DNA of 64,000 nt from Chrysomallon squamiferum (lineage: Eukaryota > Animalia > Mollusca): NCBI GenBank assembly GCA_012295275.1, contig CM022671.1, positions 15,438,001 through 15,502,000 of the forward strand, read 5' to 3'. Positions 40,690-58,564 of this stretch are shown in pieces (within the stretch, counting starts at the first letter, position 1; the number at the start of each line of letters is the position of its first letter). A program made the position numbers and the translations under genes. The notes beneath the pieces are model-generated. The model made no database searches, was not told where the DNA came from, and was given only the letters and a program-made list of their open reading frames with translations.

Positions 40690-41330
40690 TCAGCAGAGAT
40701 TTTACTCATGTCAGCAAATATTTTACTCATGTCAGCAGATATTTTGCTCAAGTCAGCAGATATTTTACTCATGTCAGCAGATATTTTAATGCTGTCAGCA
40801 GATAGTTTACTTATGTCAGCAGATATTTTGCTCATGTCAGCAGATATTTTAATGCTGTCAGCAGATAGTTTACTTATGTCAGCAGATATTTTAATTATGT
40901 CAGCAGATAGTTTACTTATGTAAGCAGATATTTTACTTATGTCAGCAGATATTTTAATGCTGTCAGCAGATAGTTTACTTATGTCAGCAGATATTTTACT
41001 TATGTCAGCAGATATTTTACTTATGTCAGCAGATATTTTAATGCTGTCAGCAGATAGTTTACTTATGTCAGCAGATATTTTACTTATGTCAGCAGATATT
41101 TTACTTATGTCAGCAGATATTTTACTCATGTCAGCAGATAGTTTACGTATGTCAGCAGATAGTTTACTTATGTCAGCAGATATTTTACTCATGTCAGCAG
41201 ATATTTTAATGGTGTCAGCAGATAGTTTACTTATGTCAGCAGATAGTTTACTTATGTCAGCAGATATTTTACTCATGTCAGCAGATATTTTAATGGTGTC
41301 AGCCGATAGTTTACTGATGACAGCAGAGGT
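40690..41330. repeat. 21-bp minisatellite (~30 units, TGTCAGCAGATATTTTACTTA)
   Basis: Strict 21-nt period; yields long heptad ORFs on both strands. Confidence 0.95.
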
Positions 41331-41597
41331 TTTACCTTTTTGCTACAATTTGTTGTTATGCTGTTAATGCAAGGATGGAATGCTTCTGTTATAATTAAGA
41401 CTAGGCATAATTGTCATAGTTCTGAAGATAAAAATTTAAAAAAAATTTAAAGCGTTATTTTAAAATTGCTTAATTCGGTCATTTGTATCTAATTCATTTT
41501 TTTTTCATTTTTTTTTTTCAAGATAACAATTTACAGTTTTGAAAGTGTTACTATAAAATATAGAATTTATAAATTAAAATCTTTGGTTCGAAGATAC

Positions 41598-41642
<45 letters not shown>

Positions 41643-42204
41643 TATTACAGAAAATCTAGTTTATGTTGTAAAACAGGCACATTAATTTCAAGAAAGTGTT
41701 ATGACTTTAGTTAGAACTTACATTTTTTTTATTCGAAGATATTTTTCTCTGTACAGTAGATCTATTTTATATTGCAAAGCAAGAATATTAATGTCAAGAA
41801 AATGTAACTATTAAAACATAGAATATAAAGCCAAAAATAAAATTGTTCTAAATCATACACACTATTGTCAAGAAAGCGATTTTCTCGGCTTGATATTTGA
41901 AATGAGCTTTGTTCATTTTCGTAGCCAACATAACTACTTAGTTTACAAATGTTAATAGGTCAGAGTTTCCTCTATGGGAAGATAATTTAAACATAAAATT
42001 TCACAAGAACGTTGTTAGACACGAACGCTGATGAGTTGTGATTAAGTACTTATTTGTGGCGTAAGTACTTTTACGATTGCTGTTTTATCAAAAATAATTT
42101 CATATCAAAAACGTTTACAAAAGAATCAATAGGATATATTTTTATTTCTTCAGAATATGTATTAAAGTAGTTAATGTGATTGTGTGCAGTCTACAGAGGG
42201 TGTG

Positions 42205-42241
<37 letters not shown>

Positions 42242-42674
42242 CTGTTTTTGGTTACTACAGCATTATCTATTAATAATAAACATACATTACTTCACTCATA
42301 ACTAAATTTTTAAAAATTATTTATTTATTTATTTATTTTTTTATTTTTTTAATAAATGAACGAGTGTTTGAATTTTAATGTTGTTGTATTTGTGGTGCAC
42401 GTTTATTAGTAGTATTTTAATGTATTCACAAATGCCATGAAAAATAGTGTTAGATATTTAACTGATTACTAAAACAACAAGACGCTCAGTAAAAAATAAA
42501 CCAAGCAATGTCCAGAAAGGTCTACTCTCACTTTCGCATCAGATGTTAGTTAATGTTTTTGCTTTCAACAAATATAATTTCATATAAAACAAATATAATT
42601 TCATACGAAACACGTACGGTTTTTGTAAGTATATTAATAGTGTTTTAGCCTAAAAGTTGAAAGAAATATGTGTG

Positions 42675-42769
<95 letters not shown>

Positions 42770-43577
42770 CTGGACATCACAGTTACGTAGTTTACAAGGA
42801 ATACTCCTAATTTATGATGTCACGTAACGCCCAAGTGAGTTACAAACACATTTATAGGAGCCGTTATTAACGAGTATCGTATTTTATGACGTACATCGTC
42901 TTTATACCCAAATCTCGGTAAATAACAAATTTATTGTTTATTTTCGTGACTTCCTAATGAGAATTAACTTATGTGTATTTTATTTTTACTTTTTAGATAC
43001 TTTTTCATCAAGCCGATAATAACAAGAACATGAAACCATAATTAAATCTAGTCTCAGAAATAATTATATCTTTCTCTGTTTAAATTGTAACACATATACA
43101 TAAAAATATAGTCTTTTTATCTGTGTGTGTATGCATGTATATATATATATGTGTGTGTGTGTGTTGTGTGTATATATATGTATGTATGTATGTATGTTTG
43201 TATGTATTTGTGCATACACATCTTTAGGCGATAATATTTTGTTTACATCTTTTATTGACAGAATTTGATTTGCACAAATAAAGACTATTTTTAGAAATGA
43301 AATGTACTAATCTTTTTTTTTTTTTTTTTTTTTTTTGTCCTGGATCATTGTGCGAAAGGTATTTTTAGTTGGAAAATTAAAAATACTTCTAGAACAATAG
43401 AATTAAAAATTAAACAAGCGAAGCAATGGAAAATTATGTGTACAACACTAGTTATGAAGGTCGTGTACGTCCCTTGCATACAAGCGCTCGTTCGGACGTT
43501 GTGAATTTGGGTAATGGTGGAAAGAACTGACCTACAGTTCGGCATAACTTTTTAATATATCTTACATGCGTGTGGCT

Positions 43578-43844
43578 CAGTGGTGTGCAGAGGTCTAGAA
43601 ATTTCCGGGGCCAACTCGTTGATTGAATGCCCCAGAGACTCAGGTAGAAGACCTAGTACTGAGAAATATCAGAAACGAAGATATTTTGAATGTGTAAACA
43701 CAGATGAAAAATAAAATAAATTTATTTGATTTAAATATAAATCAACCAAATTTATTAAGTTCTTTTCTCTGATTGGATGCCCCCGCTCCCCCATTTGGAT
43801 GCCCATGGCCACCGCCCCGTCGGCCCACCCTCTACAGACAACTG
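43578..43844. mobile_element. hAT-type MITE
   Basis: TIRs CAGTGGTGTGCAGAGG / CCTCTACAGACAACTG (13/16 match); 8-bp TSD GTGTGGCT / GTGTGGCA; GC-rich subterminal ends. Confidence 0.8.
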
Positions 43845-44613
43845 GTGTGGCAAAACATCATATCCTGCTTATCAGCAACCTTTCACTAACAGTGCTAACA
43901 TAAAACAAAACAACATTCAGAGATATACATACAATAGCATGGTTTCTGTTTCCGGAAGTAGCGGATTTTGTTCTGCATGATGCCTATCAAAAGAAAGATG
44001 ATCTTTGAAAATATTTCAACCATTTCCATGAAACCGGAAACATGTGGACATTTCTTCCTGGCCTGTTATTAGAAATGTACGATCCGGATTTCATTTCTCA
44101 AACAAGTAGCTGAAAGAAGTAGCTGAATGGACGTAACAAAAATGACTATTTAGTTTTTGTCGAGATGGAGAAATCGTATTCCTGAAATATGAAAACTTTG
44201 ATATGAAAATCGTTTTGTTTTTGTAATAGAATAATCTAAATTGATTTATTTCTGGTAATAACGCCAAAATGTTGTTTAGTTTCTGATGCACGTTTCTTCT
44301 TCTTATTTTATTTTTTAATTTATTTTTTGTTTGTTTTTCTTTCCCCCAGAAAACATTAAACAAGTGAGATATTAACAAATAGAATAATATCTTATTGTGT
44401 AGTCTTCTTGCCCTTTATTGAACAAGAGGAACGCGTCATGTTCTCTGGCTGAGGTTTTCTTGACAAACACACAAATCAAACAACGATGATTTTTATTTTT
44501 ACAAATGTATCTTTATTTTGTGATCAATTACGCTGCACATTTCAAAGACCAGTCAGACACTTAATGATTTCATGACAAACATGCCAACATCACCATATTC
44601 CACGTTATGAGAA

Positions 44614-44705
<92 letters not shown>

Positions 44706-45353
44706 CTTTGTATTTTCATAGGAACACGTTAAATTTCGATTCTGCAACCAAACAATATTATGCAGAAATCAATACACGATGAAAGATATTTCGAAATTCA
44801 AACTATAATTGTTTTCAACTGTTTGTTTTTCTTCATCGTTTGTTTAGGTGAAACGTTATCATAAACTGACGTACTGTTTGTCCACTGAATAATATTTATC
44901 CAGAATTACAGTAAAAAATAATCAATTATTTCTTTGTTATTTGTCGAATAACCTATGAAAAACTGATTTATACAAGCGTGTGTACTTAAAGATGCATTTG
45001 CTAGTTTTTGAGAACTCTAACAGAAGGTCACTGTAAACGAAGAACAAACATTAAACAGATTTTTAAACGTTTTATTATGTCAGAGATCAGTAAATAACTA
45101 ATTATTTTAAGCTTTTAATTTGATAGTAGGTCATTTAAGAATGAGAATTCATCAGTCGACTGCCACTGATTTGTTTTCACATTGCTTATTTGTAATATCC
45201 GTTCTTATTTCTGTTTGATCCCCTCTTCAGGTCAACTGGGCCTTCGTGCCAGAACCCTCCTAGATCATCATTACTTGTGTCTGCTAAAAAAATAACACAT
45301 CTTAGTTACTAGTTAGTTACATACCATAGATAAAGCATTGTCATACATAAATT

Positions 45354-45397
<44 letters not shown>

Positions 45398-45402
45398 ATA
45401 TA

Positions 45403-45436
<34 letters not shown>

Positions 45437-46493
45437 CATACTTTTGTAGATGTTGCTCTTATTATTTTATCTATGTTTATGTCTATATGTTTCTGTATAT
45501 GTACATCTAAACACACACATATGCACACACATACATACACACACACACATACACAAACATAGACACATAACAGAATTGTTATCAATAATTAATTAATCAT
45601 AATAAAATATTAACAACAACAATAGCAACATCAACAAATAAAACAACATACTGATACTATTAACAAACCACTAAGACGTCATTAACAAAGAAGTACAAAT
45701 GCTGAACACGTTAAACATTTGGTTTCTCAATATTCCCAATCTAAATTTTATTTAAATTTCTAACATTAGATAAATTTGTTTGAAGGATAAACCAGCCACA
45801 TTATTTGGGATGTGCAGATTGTAAGTTATCAATGATTAAGAAAAAAAAATAAAAAATTGACGTCAGTAGAAAATAATTCCCAAAATACAGAGTTAGTACC
45901 ATGAATACACAAATATCATTATATCATAAAATATTGTAATTTGTTAATGCAGACACTAATAAATAAATAGGCCAAAATTATTAATAAATAACCCAAAACA
46001 TCACATATTTATAAATTATTGATAAATAAATAAATAAGCCAAAACATCACATACTTATATAGTTACTAATCAATAATTAAATCAATACCTGACACACCTA
46101 GACATTATTAATAAACAAAATGAGCCATGACACCAAACATTTAATTTAATTATTAATAAATAATAAAGAAATATATTTTTGACGATGCTGTTGTTATTGT
46201 TAAGATTATATTATTGTTGTTGCTGTTTTAATGTTATTGTTGTCCTTGCTCTAATTCTTCTTATTATTATAATTTGTTATTATCATTATTATCATCATTT
46301 CCCTTAATAAAAAAAAAAATTATACAATGTAAATTATTTGGTAGTATACAAAATGCAGATATTTATTTACTAATTACGCCTATAATTACGTGCAGTTCAA
46401 AAATTGCAAAGAAGATATTTAGGTCATTTAAAGAACTGTGCAAAGAATAATTGAAAAAAAAAAAAAAGAATCTGAAGAAGAAGAAGAAAATAC

Positions 46494-49427
<2,934 letters not shown>

Positions 49428-51271
49428 CTCGTGGCTTTGTCGAAATTACTGTTTCAAATGTAGCAACTGTAAATAGCAGTAATAATAATAATAATTAAAA
49501 TATTATAATAAACGTGACAACAATAATGACAACAGTAATAATAATGATGATGATAATAATGATAATAACAGTAACAACAACAACAAATAAATAAATAAAT
49601 AAATAAATAAACAAATAAAACAGAGATTATTTCAAGTCACTTCTTACACAGTCCGGTTCTCATTTCCCAACAAAAGAAGAAGGGAAAAAAACACCTTTGT
49701 AATTCTGTAACAGAAATGTTCTTTTTTGTTTTGATTTTGTTTTATCACTAGAATGGTTGTGTGATTCTGAGTCTAGTCTCATATCTTGTTTGGAAGAAAG
49801 GGATAATAATAATAATAAATCAAAATAAGCACATATACGCAACAAATGAAATTAATTGACGTTTTCCGCTCAGAGAATAGTCACACAACAAATAGAGAAA
49901 CACTTATAAATGTCTTGTTTACAATTCTATTATTATTTTTTTTTTTTTAAATTTTTTTTTTTTTTTCTTTCTGTGTGTGATTGTGAAGCCCTTTGACGAT
50001 CACATTGCCAATAATGTCAGAGATTATAAAATTTCAGTAAAACCAAAGTCAAAATTGGTTGTGTTTTTCATTTATTTTATTTCTGTTTTACTTTATTAAA
50101 ACAAAGTTAATGCATCGCTAGAGGAATCTCAATAACGCGTTCATACATTAATACCATTTCTTGTCACTTTTTGTATCTTATTCATAACAGTTTCTGCATT
50201 TAAAATTCTTTAGCTAACGAATATTTTTATTATTTTTTTCTTTTGAACGTAAAATAAAACACAAAAAAACATTTTACGGAAACATGTTGTTTGCAAAACT
50301 GATTTTCATGACAAATTGAATTTTGTTTTTATATATATATATATATATATATATGATTGATATATTACGTGAATTTATCCAGATATTGAACTTTCACAGG
50401 ATTTAGATATAATCAAAATATTGAAGGAAATATGGTACTTGTTTTTCACGGGGCAGGTTCTCCTCGGTGCATTCACTGCAGAATTTACCGTTCCTGCCCG
50501 TACTCCCTTTACGTATTATTCAGTGGTCGCATATTCTTTCATGTTTACGTCAAGAGCTTAAAGAAAACAACAGGCTCTGCCGCCATTTGTAAAATAAGCT
50601 TATATCACGGCGACAGCGTATTTACTTCCTAATTATCTACAGTGCCCTTTATATGTACTATAATTATAAATCCCAATTAAGTAAAAGTGTCTCGTTCTTC
50701 CTTCATAGCCAGTGAAATTCCTGATTCTAAACTGAAGTTATTTTGTTTCTTTATACCCAAAATATTTCTTTCTTTGATTTTGAGATTAATTTTTTTTTTA
50801 AATAACTTAAGTAGAGTTATCTGTCTGGTCTCTATGTATGGTAATACTTTATTGTGATAATGTTGATTAGATACAACTCTGGAAGTTATGAGATTGTTCC
50901 ATATTACTTTTTCATGCAGTTCTGCTTGAAAACAACCAAACACACTAGCACATTAAAGGCACAACAAATGCAAGAGCACTACATAATTATACACCATATG
51001 CATACCTAACGACCGAGTAAAGGACTAAAGGACTTTTTTAGTTGTCCCTTTTCCTGTTTTCTGATGATATAATGCGAGCATGGTGTTATATACGTGGAAC
51101 AGATTTGAAAAAAAAGATTATGAAAATATAAAATATGATTGTTCAAGTCACGTTATAAGATTTTATCCAATCCATCAAAGCATGATAAGAAAATGTACTT
51201 CTATAATTATAATAGTGATATTTCTAACACAAGCTTTTAAAATGAAATGAAATAAATAAAATAAAATAAAA

Positions 51272-51306
<35 letters not shown>

Positions 51307-52649
51307 ACAAATAAAATACAGATATTTAACTTTGTCTGTATTTAAAATACAATTTCAAAAGTAATTAAACATTAGACTTGAAAACTGAAACACTAATGCA
51401 AAAACTGGGTACATGTGATCTCTTCGTTTTAAGTGATGTCAGTGAACATTTTTGCTTTCTTAACTACAACTTATAGCTAAGAGAAGTCACGTGTTTCTTT
51501 ATCTACAGTGGCTTATACAAACAGCCTTTAATATTTTTGTAACAACTTAATATCAGTACAACAAGCGTATTCAATTGAACAATACTCATTCTGTGAAATG
51601 ATGGTTATAAAGAGGAAAATGGCGGCGGTTATTCATTCTCTGATATCGTAATGTCGTTTTATTAAAATTTGCAAAATTTGGCATCTAAAATAAGTATTTT
51701 TTCAGTCATATTTTTTCAAGTTGTGTTACTCTTTCATAATGTAACATTTTAATAATTAATAATTACTTACCTCTGAATTAGGACATAATGAGTTAATTTT
51801 GTAACTGTTATGTTCTATGCGCATTTCAGATAATTGTTTATGTTATAAAATACCGGTAATTATAGAGATTAGCTGCTTATATCTGAATTGGTAAACGTTT
51901 TGTTAGTCTAGAAGAGACAAAAATACGTTTTGTAGGTGAATGCGATAACTGAGTAAGGCGATTCATCCTTTTGAGACCAGAGGAAATAAAAATCAGTTCA
52001 TATTGATTTGTGCGTGGTGAGTACAAACAACTATTCGTTATCATCTAAGAGAAATGGATTTTCAAGTTATTACTTAATTGAAGTTAAATATATAAAACAG
52101 GTTCCTTTGTACTTTAATTATGTCATTTTAAAACTTTAAATTTAACAGCTTAATTCTTTTTCCTTTTTTTTTTTTTTTTTTTTCATTTAGTTTTCTAAAC
52201 ATGTACACACCTTTATGTTTCTTAATTAAAATTAATGGACTAACAGCCAAAATAACGTCAGATTCTATTTCTAATTTGATTTTAATTTGAAAATCTGGTT
52301 TTGAGACAGAATTTTAATTTTTGTTTTGCGATGCTTGTTTTTTTTTAACTGTAATTTTATTTTGTCGAGTCACGAAAGAAGTAAAATAAATGATGGTTCC
52401 GTCACTGATATAGTATTAACCGAATCTGATAAAAAGCTCGCAATATATATTTTTCCTATGACACAGTGTCTTCGTCTTTCGCCTTCTTTGATTTTGAAGG
52501 CTGGTGTACACACAGAAATGAGCCGTGTGTGTAATGTGTATCTCAGACTTTCGCTCTGAGCACAAAACCAACGGCAGTGGTTTATTTATGGCTTCATATC
52601 CATGTTTTGTTCTACAGATACCTAAATCCACTTAATGTTCCAGAGATTA

Positions 52650-52729
<80 letters not shown>

Positions 52730-52949
52730 AAAACAAAATAAATATATATACAGAAACAACAACATCAACAATAGCAACAACAACAACAACAACAATAAAA
52801 ATTAATAATTAAAAATATATATATAAAAAAATAGAAATAAAAATAAAACAAACAAAACAATAAACAACAAGCATAACTTTTCCATAAATATTTATCCCGG
52901 ATTCTTAGTTTGATATCTATATATACAGTATAATGGAGTAACTGATTAC

Positions 52950-53433
<484 letters not shown>

Positions 53434-53856
53434 AACACAGACACTAAATAAAACGTACGTGTATTGATTTCGTTGTCGTTATTCATTAAAATAAAATACT
53501 TCTTAAATAACAATAATTTAATTGTTATTTTTAAAATCAAAACCGTTTCCCAAAATAATATTTTAAGATCTTAAACAAGCAGTTAAACACGAAATAAATA
53601 TTTTGTTCACTATATATAAATAAATGAATATATATATATAATTTAAATTTAATTCAATGCCCAAAAGCTATATTTTTTGTTAGTGCCAGAAAATACATAA
53701 ATTTATGTACTCAGACACAACCACATTTATTTATTTATTTATTTATTTTTATTTATTTAGGTTTTTTATTTTATACTTCTTTGTAAACAAGGCTTAAGGA
53801 ACAATAAAAAGTAAAAAAGTTATTTTTATTTTATCTACTTCAGAAAGAACCAAGTC

Positions 53857-53896
<40 letters not shown>

Positions 53897-54166
53897 GTTT
53901 CTTAAAAAAAAAATTTGTGACGTATATATACTAAAAATGATAAAGTTTTAACTATTTATAACTGACAGAGAAAAATATAAATATAACTTTACAAAATTAT
54001 TTTAGCTTTCATTTATTTCGGAAGTAAAGTTAATGAGATAAATAAGATAAATAAGACAAAGAAAGATTTCTATATCTACTTTGTACTTTAAAAAAAAAAA
54101 AATAATAATAATAATAATATTTTAATACCAATATACAATAATAATCCCATACTTAACAAATCTTAC

Positions 54167-54444
54167 CTTTTCAACTTCTAATAGGATTTTCCAACGATAT
54201 ATATATTTTATTTTTTTTCTTCAAAATAATCCTGTCTTAGTACGCGACAATAATTAAAACATACCAGAAAATATCAAACGCAAATCTAACGAACAAGAAT
54301 CCAAAACTATGTGTTCATAAAGCGCACGTTGATTTTTGTACCTGCGTGTCATTTCTGCCCTTCCTTTAGCTAGGCGTATTCTCCCACGATCAGTTTCCAT
54401 TGTCCAATCAATAGACAGGTCAAACAAGTCACGTGACTAGGTCA
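54167..54444 (-). promoter_or_regulatory. Promoter-like cluster plus candidate non-coding first exon
   Basis: AGTCACGTGACT palindrome (54427-54438), CCAAT (54404-54408), AGGTCA half-sites (54417, 54439), and a consensus donor AAAG|gtaaga at 54167. Confidence 0.4.
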
Positions 54445-55104
54445 GACTGCCCGATTTTACCAACATCATAATTTGTTATTCTAATTTTGATAACCATCTT
54501 TTTTAATTGGTTAAAATATCATACAGAATATTCAGTTACCCTAAAAGAAGTTAAGCGGTAAGAAAAATACCATTTTTGTTGATATCGAAGATACCAGCAA
54601 AAGAAATTGGCGTTTCCATAAAAAAACAGTGTTTAATTTCAAGAGGCGTTCCTAATGTTGAAAACACGTGTATATAAACTAGTTTCAGCAAACCCCACTC
54701 TGCTTAAAATAGTATTTTAGTTTAAACCCTTCATTTAATTCTTTTTCATTTTCTATTTCTTTCTTCTTTTTTTTTTTTTTTTTTTGCTTTTAATTTAAGA
54801 ATGAATCAGATGAACTAGTCTACTAAATTCTGAAAGTTTGTTACAGTACTTCCTATTAAAAACAATCGTAATTTTAAAATAAATAAATAAATAGATAAAA
54901 AAATAAACATAATTATATTCATTTAATTATTAGTTTTATCACTTTCCTGCTAACGTACGTGTGTATTGGGCTCACTTTTAGTTTAAGATAACATACATTT
55001 TTAGGATTCATTTTATTCAGTTTCTAGAATAACATAACGGATACAGGAAAAATAAAAACAAAAACATATAACAACAAACAAACAAACAAACAAAAATCTA
55101 AAAA

Positions 55105-55190
<86 letters not shown>

Positions 55191-57384
55191 ATATATATAT
55201 ATACATACATTTTTGTTTCAGAAAAGCTAGAGCATTTTCAAACATATATAAATTTAAAAAAAAATCATATAAATGTTTTTTGTTTGTTTTTTGTTGTTGA
55301 TTTTTTTCAATTTGAAATGATCTATGACATCGCCACACAGATTTCGTGTGAAGAACTACATTTTCGCCTAACCTCACAACACAATCAATAACTGGAAGTC
55401 GAGGTGGTGGAATAACTCAGTTAGCTGGGGGCTGTTTTGTGATAAATTTGTCTTTACAACGAGGAAATAATGGGCGGCTGAAGCACTGGAGATGCTTGGG
55501 GTGCCGACCAATCTATGTATTAATATAATGTCTACACAGCGTAGAAAAACCAACGGCTGTGCCAGCGTTAACGTATTTACTCGGAACTGGGGAGGATGGA
55601 ACTGCTCGGGGTACGTGTTTTTGTAAGATCATAGTTCGGAAACGGGAAATCCACGGCTGACAATTACGATATTTACATGGCGACATCCTTTTAATTATAT
55701 ATATAATCGAGAAGAAGTGAAAAATACAAATCCCCCCCCCCAAATTCACCTACTTTGGTATTTGTGCTATTTTTCTTTCTGGAAGCTCAGCTTCACTTGA
55801 TTGAATGATTAAAGCGGTGGGGGAGGTAAGAAAATAAATCCAGGCAGTTACATGAAAATAATTTAAAACCGGAATTGCTGTTTTTTTTTTTTTTTTTTTT
55901 TTTTTGTACGTAAATGAAAAGAAAAATGTTACCTGATGTAATAATTGTAAATAATATTACTTCAATGTTGTTTCTTGGTTATATTTATTTTAGAGTAAAG
56001 TGAAGATAATAATTATAATAAGAAATGTAATTGTGAACATAATTATACAAATCAAAGAAGCAGATTCCTTTCTTCGTGATATTTTATTTTATTATTATTA
56101 TTTTGTTTTCTATATACATTCACATGCATATGGTAATATTAATTAATTAATTTGCTTTATTTATTTATTCATTTTCAGATTTTTCAGATTAGAATAAATT
56201 GTTTATTTTCAAACTCAAACTTTAACTGTAAGAGAACATAACCAAAATTAATAATTTTAAAACAAAAAAAATATTTAGTTTAAATTTGTAGATAATGCAT
56301 GTGGTAGTGCCAGCACTCATAACACATCTGGATTATGATTAGTGAAGCTTATAACAGGATACGTGTTAGATTAAAGCAACAGGTTGCCCTTTGGCTAAAA
56401 GATATTGGCACACAAACAACTGGCCCATATACCCATGAAAATGAAAACCTCCATCTCTTCACATACAGCACATTTCACTATGTTTCAGCTATGTACAGCT
56501 ACCAAAAAATTCATCTGGCTCAACATAAACATATGTACTGAACATGTACACATCTGAAATGGTTTTATTTCGTCACCGAATATCTAAGAGAACAAAACTA
56601 TGCTTATATCGTGAACGAACTGTCACCCGTTCCTCGCCAAAGTGATTATTTTATTTCCATATCAAAAATGTATCAGAAAACTGGCAGGGTAATGGCTGCA
56701 TGTGAATCATCCTCTGACTGCAAACGATGGATAATTTCAAGAAGTCTACATGATGATCAGAACCTAACAGTACTGCAAATTTCAACAGCTTTGGCCACAT
56801 TATTTTCAGTTCAGTGATTAGACATATTTTCTGAATTTTTCAGGAATTATACATATTTCCTGTAACATATATATAAAAAAATCTGGATACTTAAACTTTA
56901 AATTTATTCTTTATGTTAAAATAGATATATAAACAGTCGAAAGAAAAGAAAAAAAAGAAACAGAACACGTTTTCTTTATTATGCTGTTGTATCACATTTT
57001 TTAAACCTTATAATTGTGCCTCTAAAAACTATTAATTAAAATCTTTGCTTAATTTCTACAACAATACATTAGGTCCGTCGATTAGATTATGTTGTTATTG
57101 TTATTCTTCATGACAATTTGGATACAAAAGTTTGGCAAGTCTATGAGACACAAACATTTTAGTTTTAATCTATCTACAAATTATAAAAAATAATAATAAA
57201 AATAAAATAAAAATAAAAATAAAATACCCCCCCCAATAATAACAATCAGTTAACAATAATTTAAAACAACACATACATCATATATTATTTATTTATTTAG
57301 TTAGTTATTGTTGTTTTTTGCCATTATCATCATGACTACTACTGTTACCATTATTATTATTTTTATTATAAATTCCGGGTTCCA

Positions 57385-57980
57385 TGGCCTTCAGCACGTC
57401 TATATCCCCACTTTCTGACTTGATGCCACCTTCCGAATTCTTCAAGTGAGTTCAAGCCTGGGCCTTTAATAGAACAGGCTATTCCAAATTCCAGGTACTC
57501 TCTCAGAGGAATCGAAGGAAAGTCAAACGTCTCAATGGGAAAGCTATACCAAATTCCAGATCCTTTCCCTGAAGATTAAAATGTTTGGCCTTCAGCATGT
57601 ACGCACGCCTGCTATATGCCTTAAACCCATCATTCGGTGCGTCCATTACAGGGGCCTCGTCAGTTTGATTAGCCCGCTTTCATCCTTTGGTTCCTTGGCT
57701 GACGAATCCACGCGATGGTCATTCAGCAGGTCTATGTCCCTACTTTCTGCCTTGAAGCCACCATCCGAATCCTTCCAGTGAATTCAAGACAGGGACCGTA
57801 ACAGAAAAGGTTATGCCAAATTCCAGGTCCTCTCACAGAGGAATCGGAGGTAAGCCAAGCGCCTCAAAGGGAAAGCTATACCAAATTCCAGGTCATTTCC
57901 CTGAAGATTAAAGTGTGTGGCCTTCAGCATGTACGCACGCCCGTTATATGCCTTAAACCCATCTTTCGGTGCGTCCAAGA
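57385..57980. repeat. GC-richer tandem dimer, 332-bp period, with internal CCAAATTCCAG and GGCCTTCAGCA sub-repeats
   Basis: AAGCTATACCAAATTCCAG at 57541 and 57873; the flanking sequence aligns. Confidence 0.85.
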
Positions 57981-58527
57981 CAGAGGCCTATTCATTTCAG
58001 TTAGTCCGCTTCTGTATTTTTGACCGCATTCTGGATGAAATAATTACCAATTTTTTTATTTTTTGTACCTTGACAATACAGCTTGAAATTTTATTACAGT
58101 GCTGTTAGGGTTAGTATACAGTTTCCATAATGAATAAAAGCTTATGTTAAATGACAGAAATTACCCCAAAATTCGATTTTTGTCATGCTTGAAGCAAGCT
58201 ATATTCATTTCTTCGAACTACAATTTCGAAATAAATTAAGTCGTGCCGTGAATACAATAATTTCCGTTTGTTGTTAGGATTACGTCATATTGTATATAAA
58301 TTGTGGATTGTGGTTTTCTTCTTATCGAAACAGCAGTTAGCTTTTTATTAATGAAATAAATATTTATTCATTTATAATAATATGGATTATGGATGAATTT
58401 AAAAATATAAACATTATAAATGATCCTGTTAAATTACCTAAACAATGCCAGTAATCGTATCAGCAACTTTTTCGTAATTATTTCGTTTTGACATTTTAAT
58501 TTTTAAATATATTATATTGTCCCGTGA

Positions 58528-58564
<37 letters not shown>

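Noticed and set aside
55483-55488. Minus-strand CAGTGC loops here and at 25707-25712 as IREs
   Set aside because: The flanks do not form the 5-bp upper stem
55513-55749. 78-aa ORF in a GC-richer island
   Set aside because: No homology recognised and no convincing splice boundaries; may be regulatory
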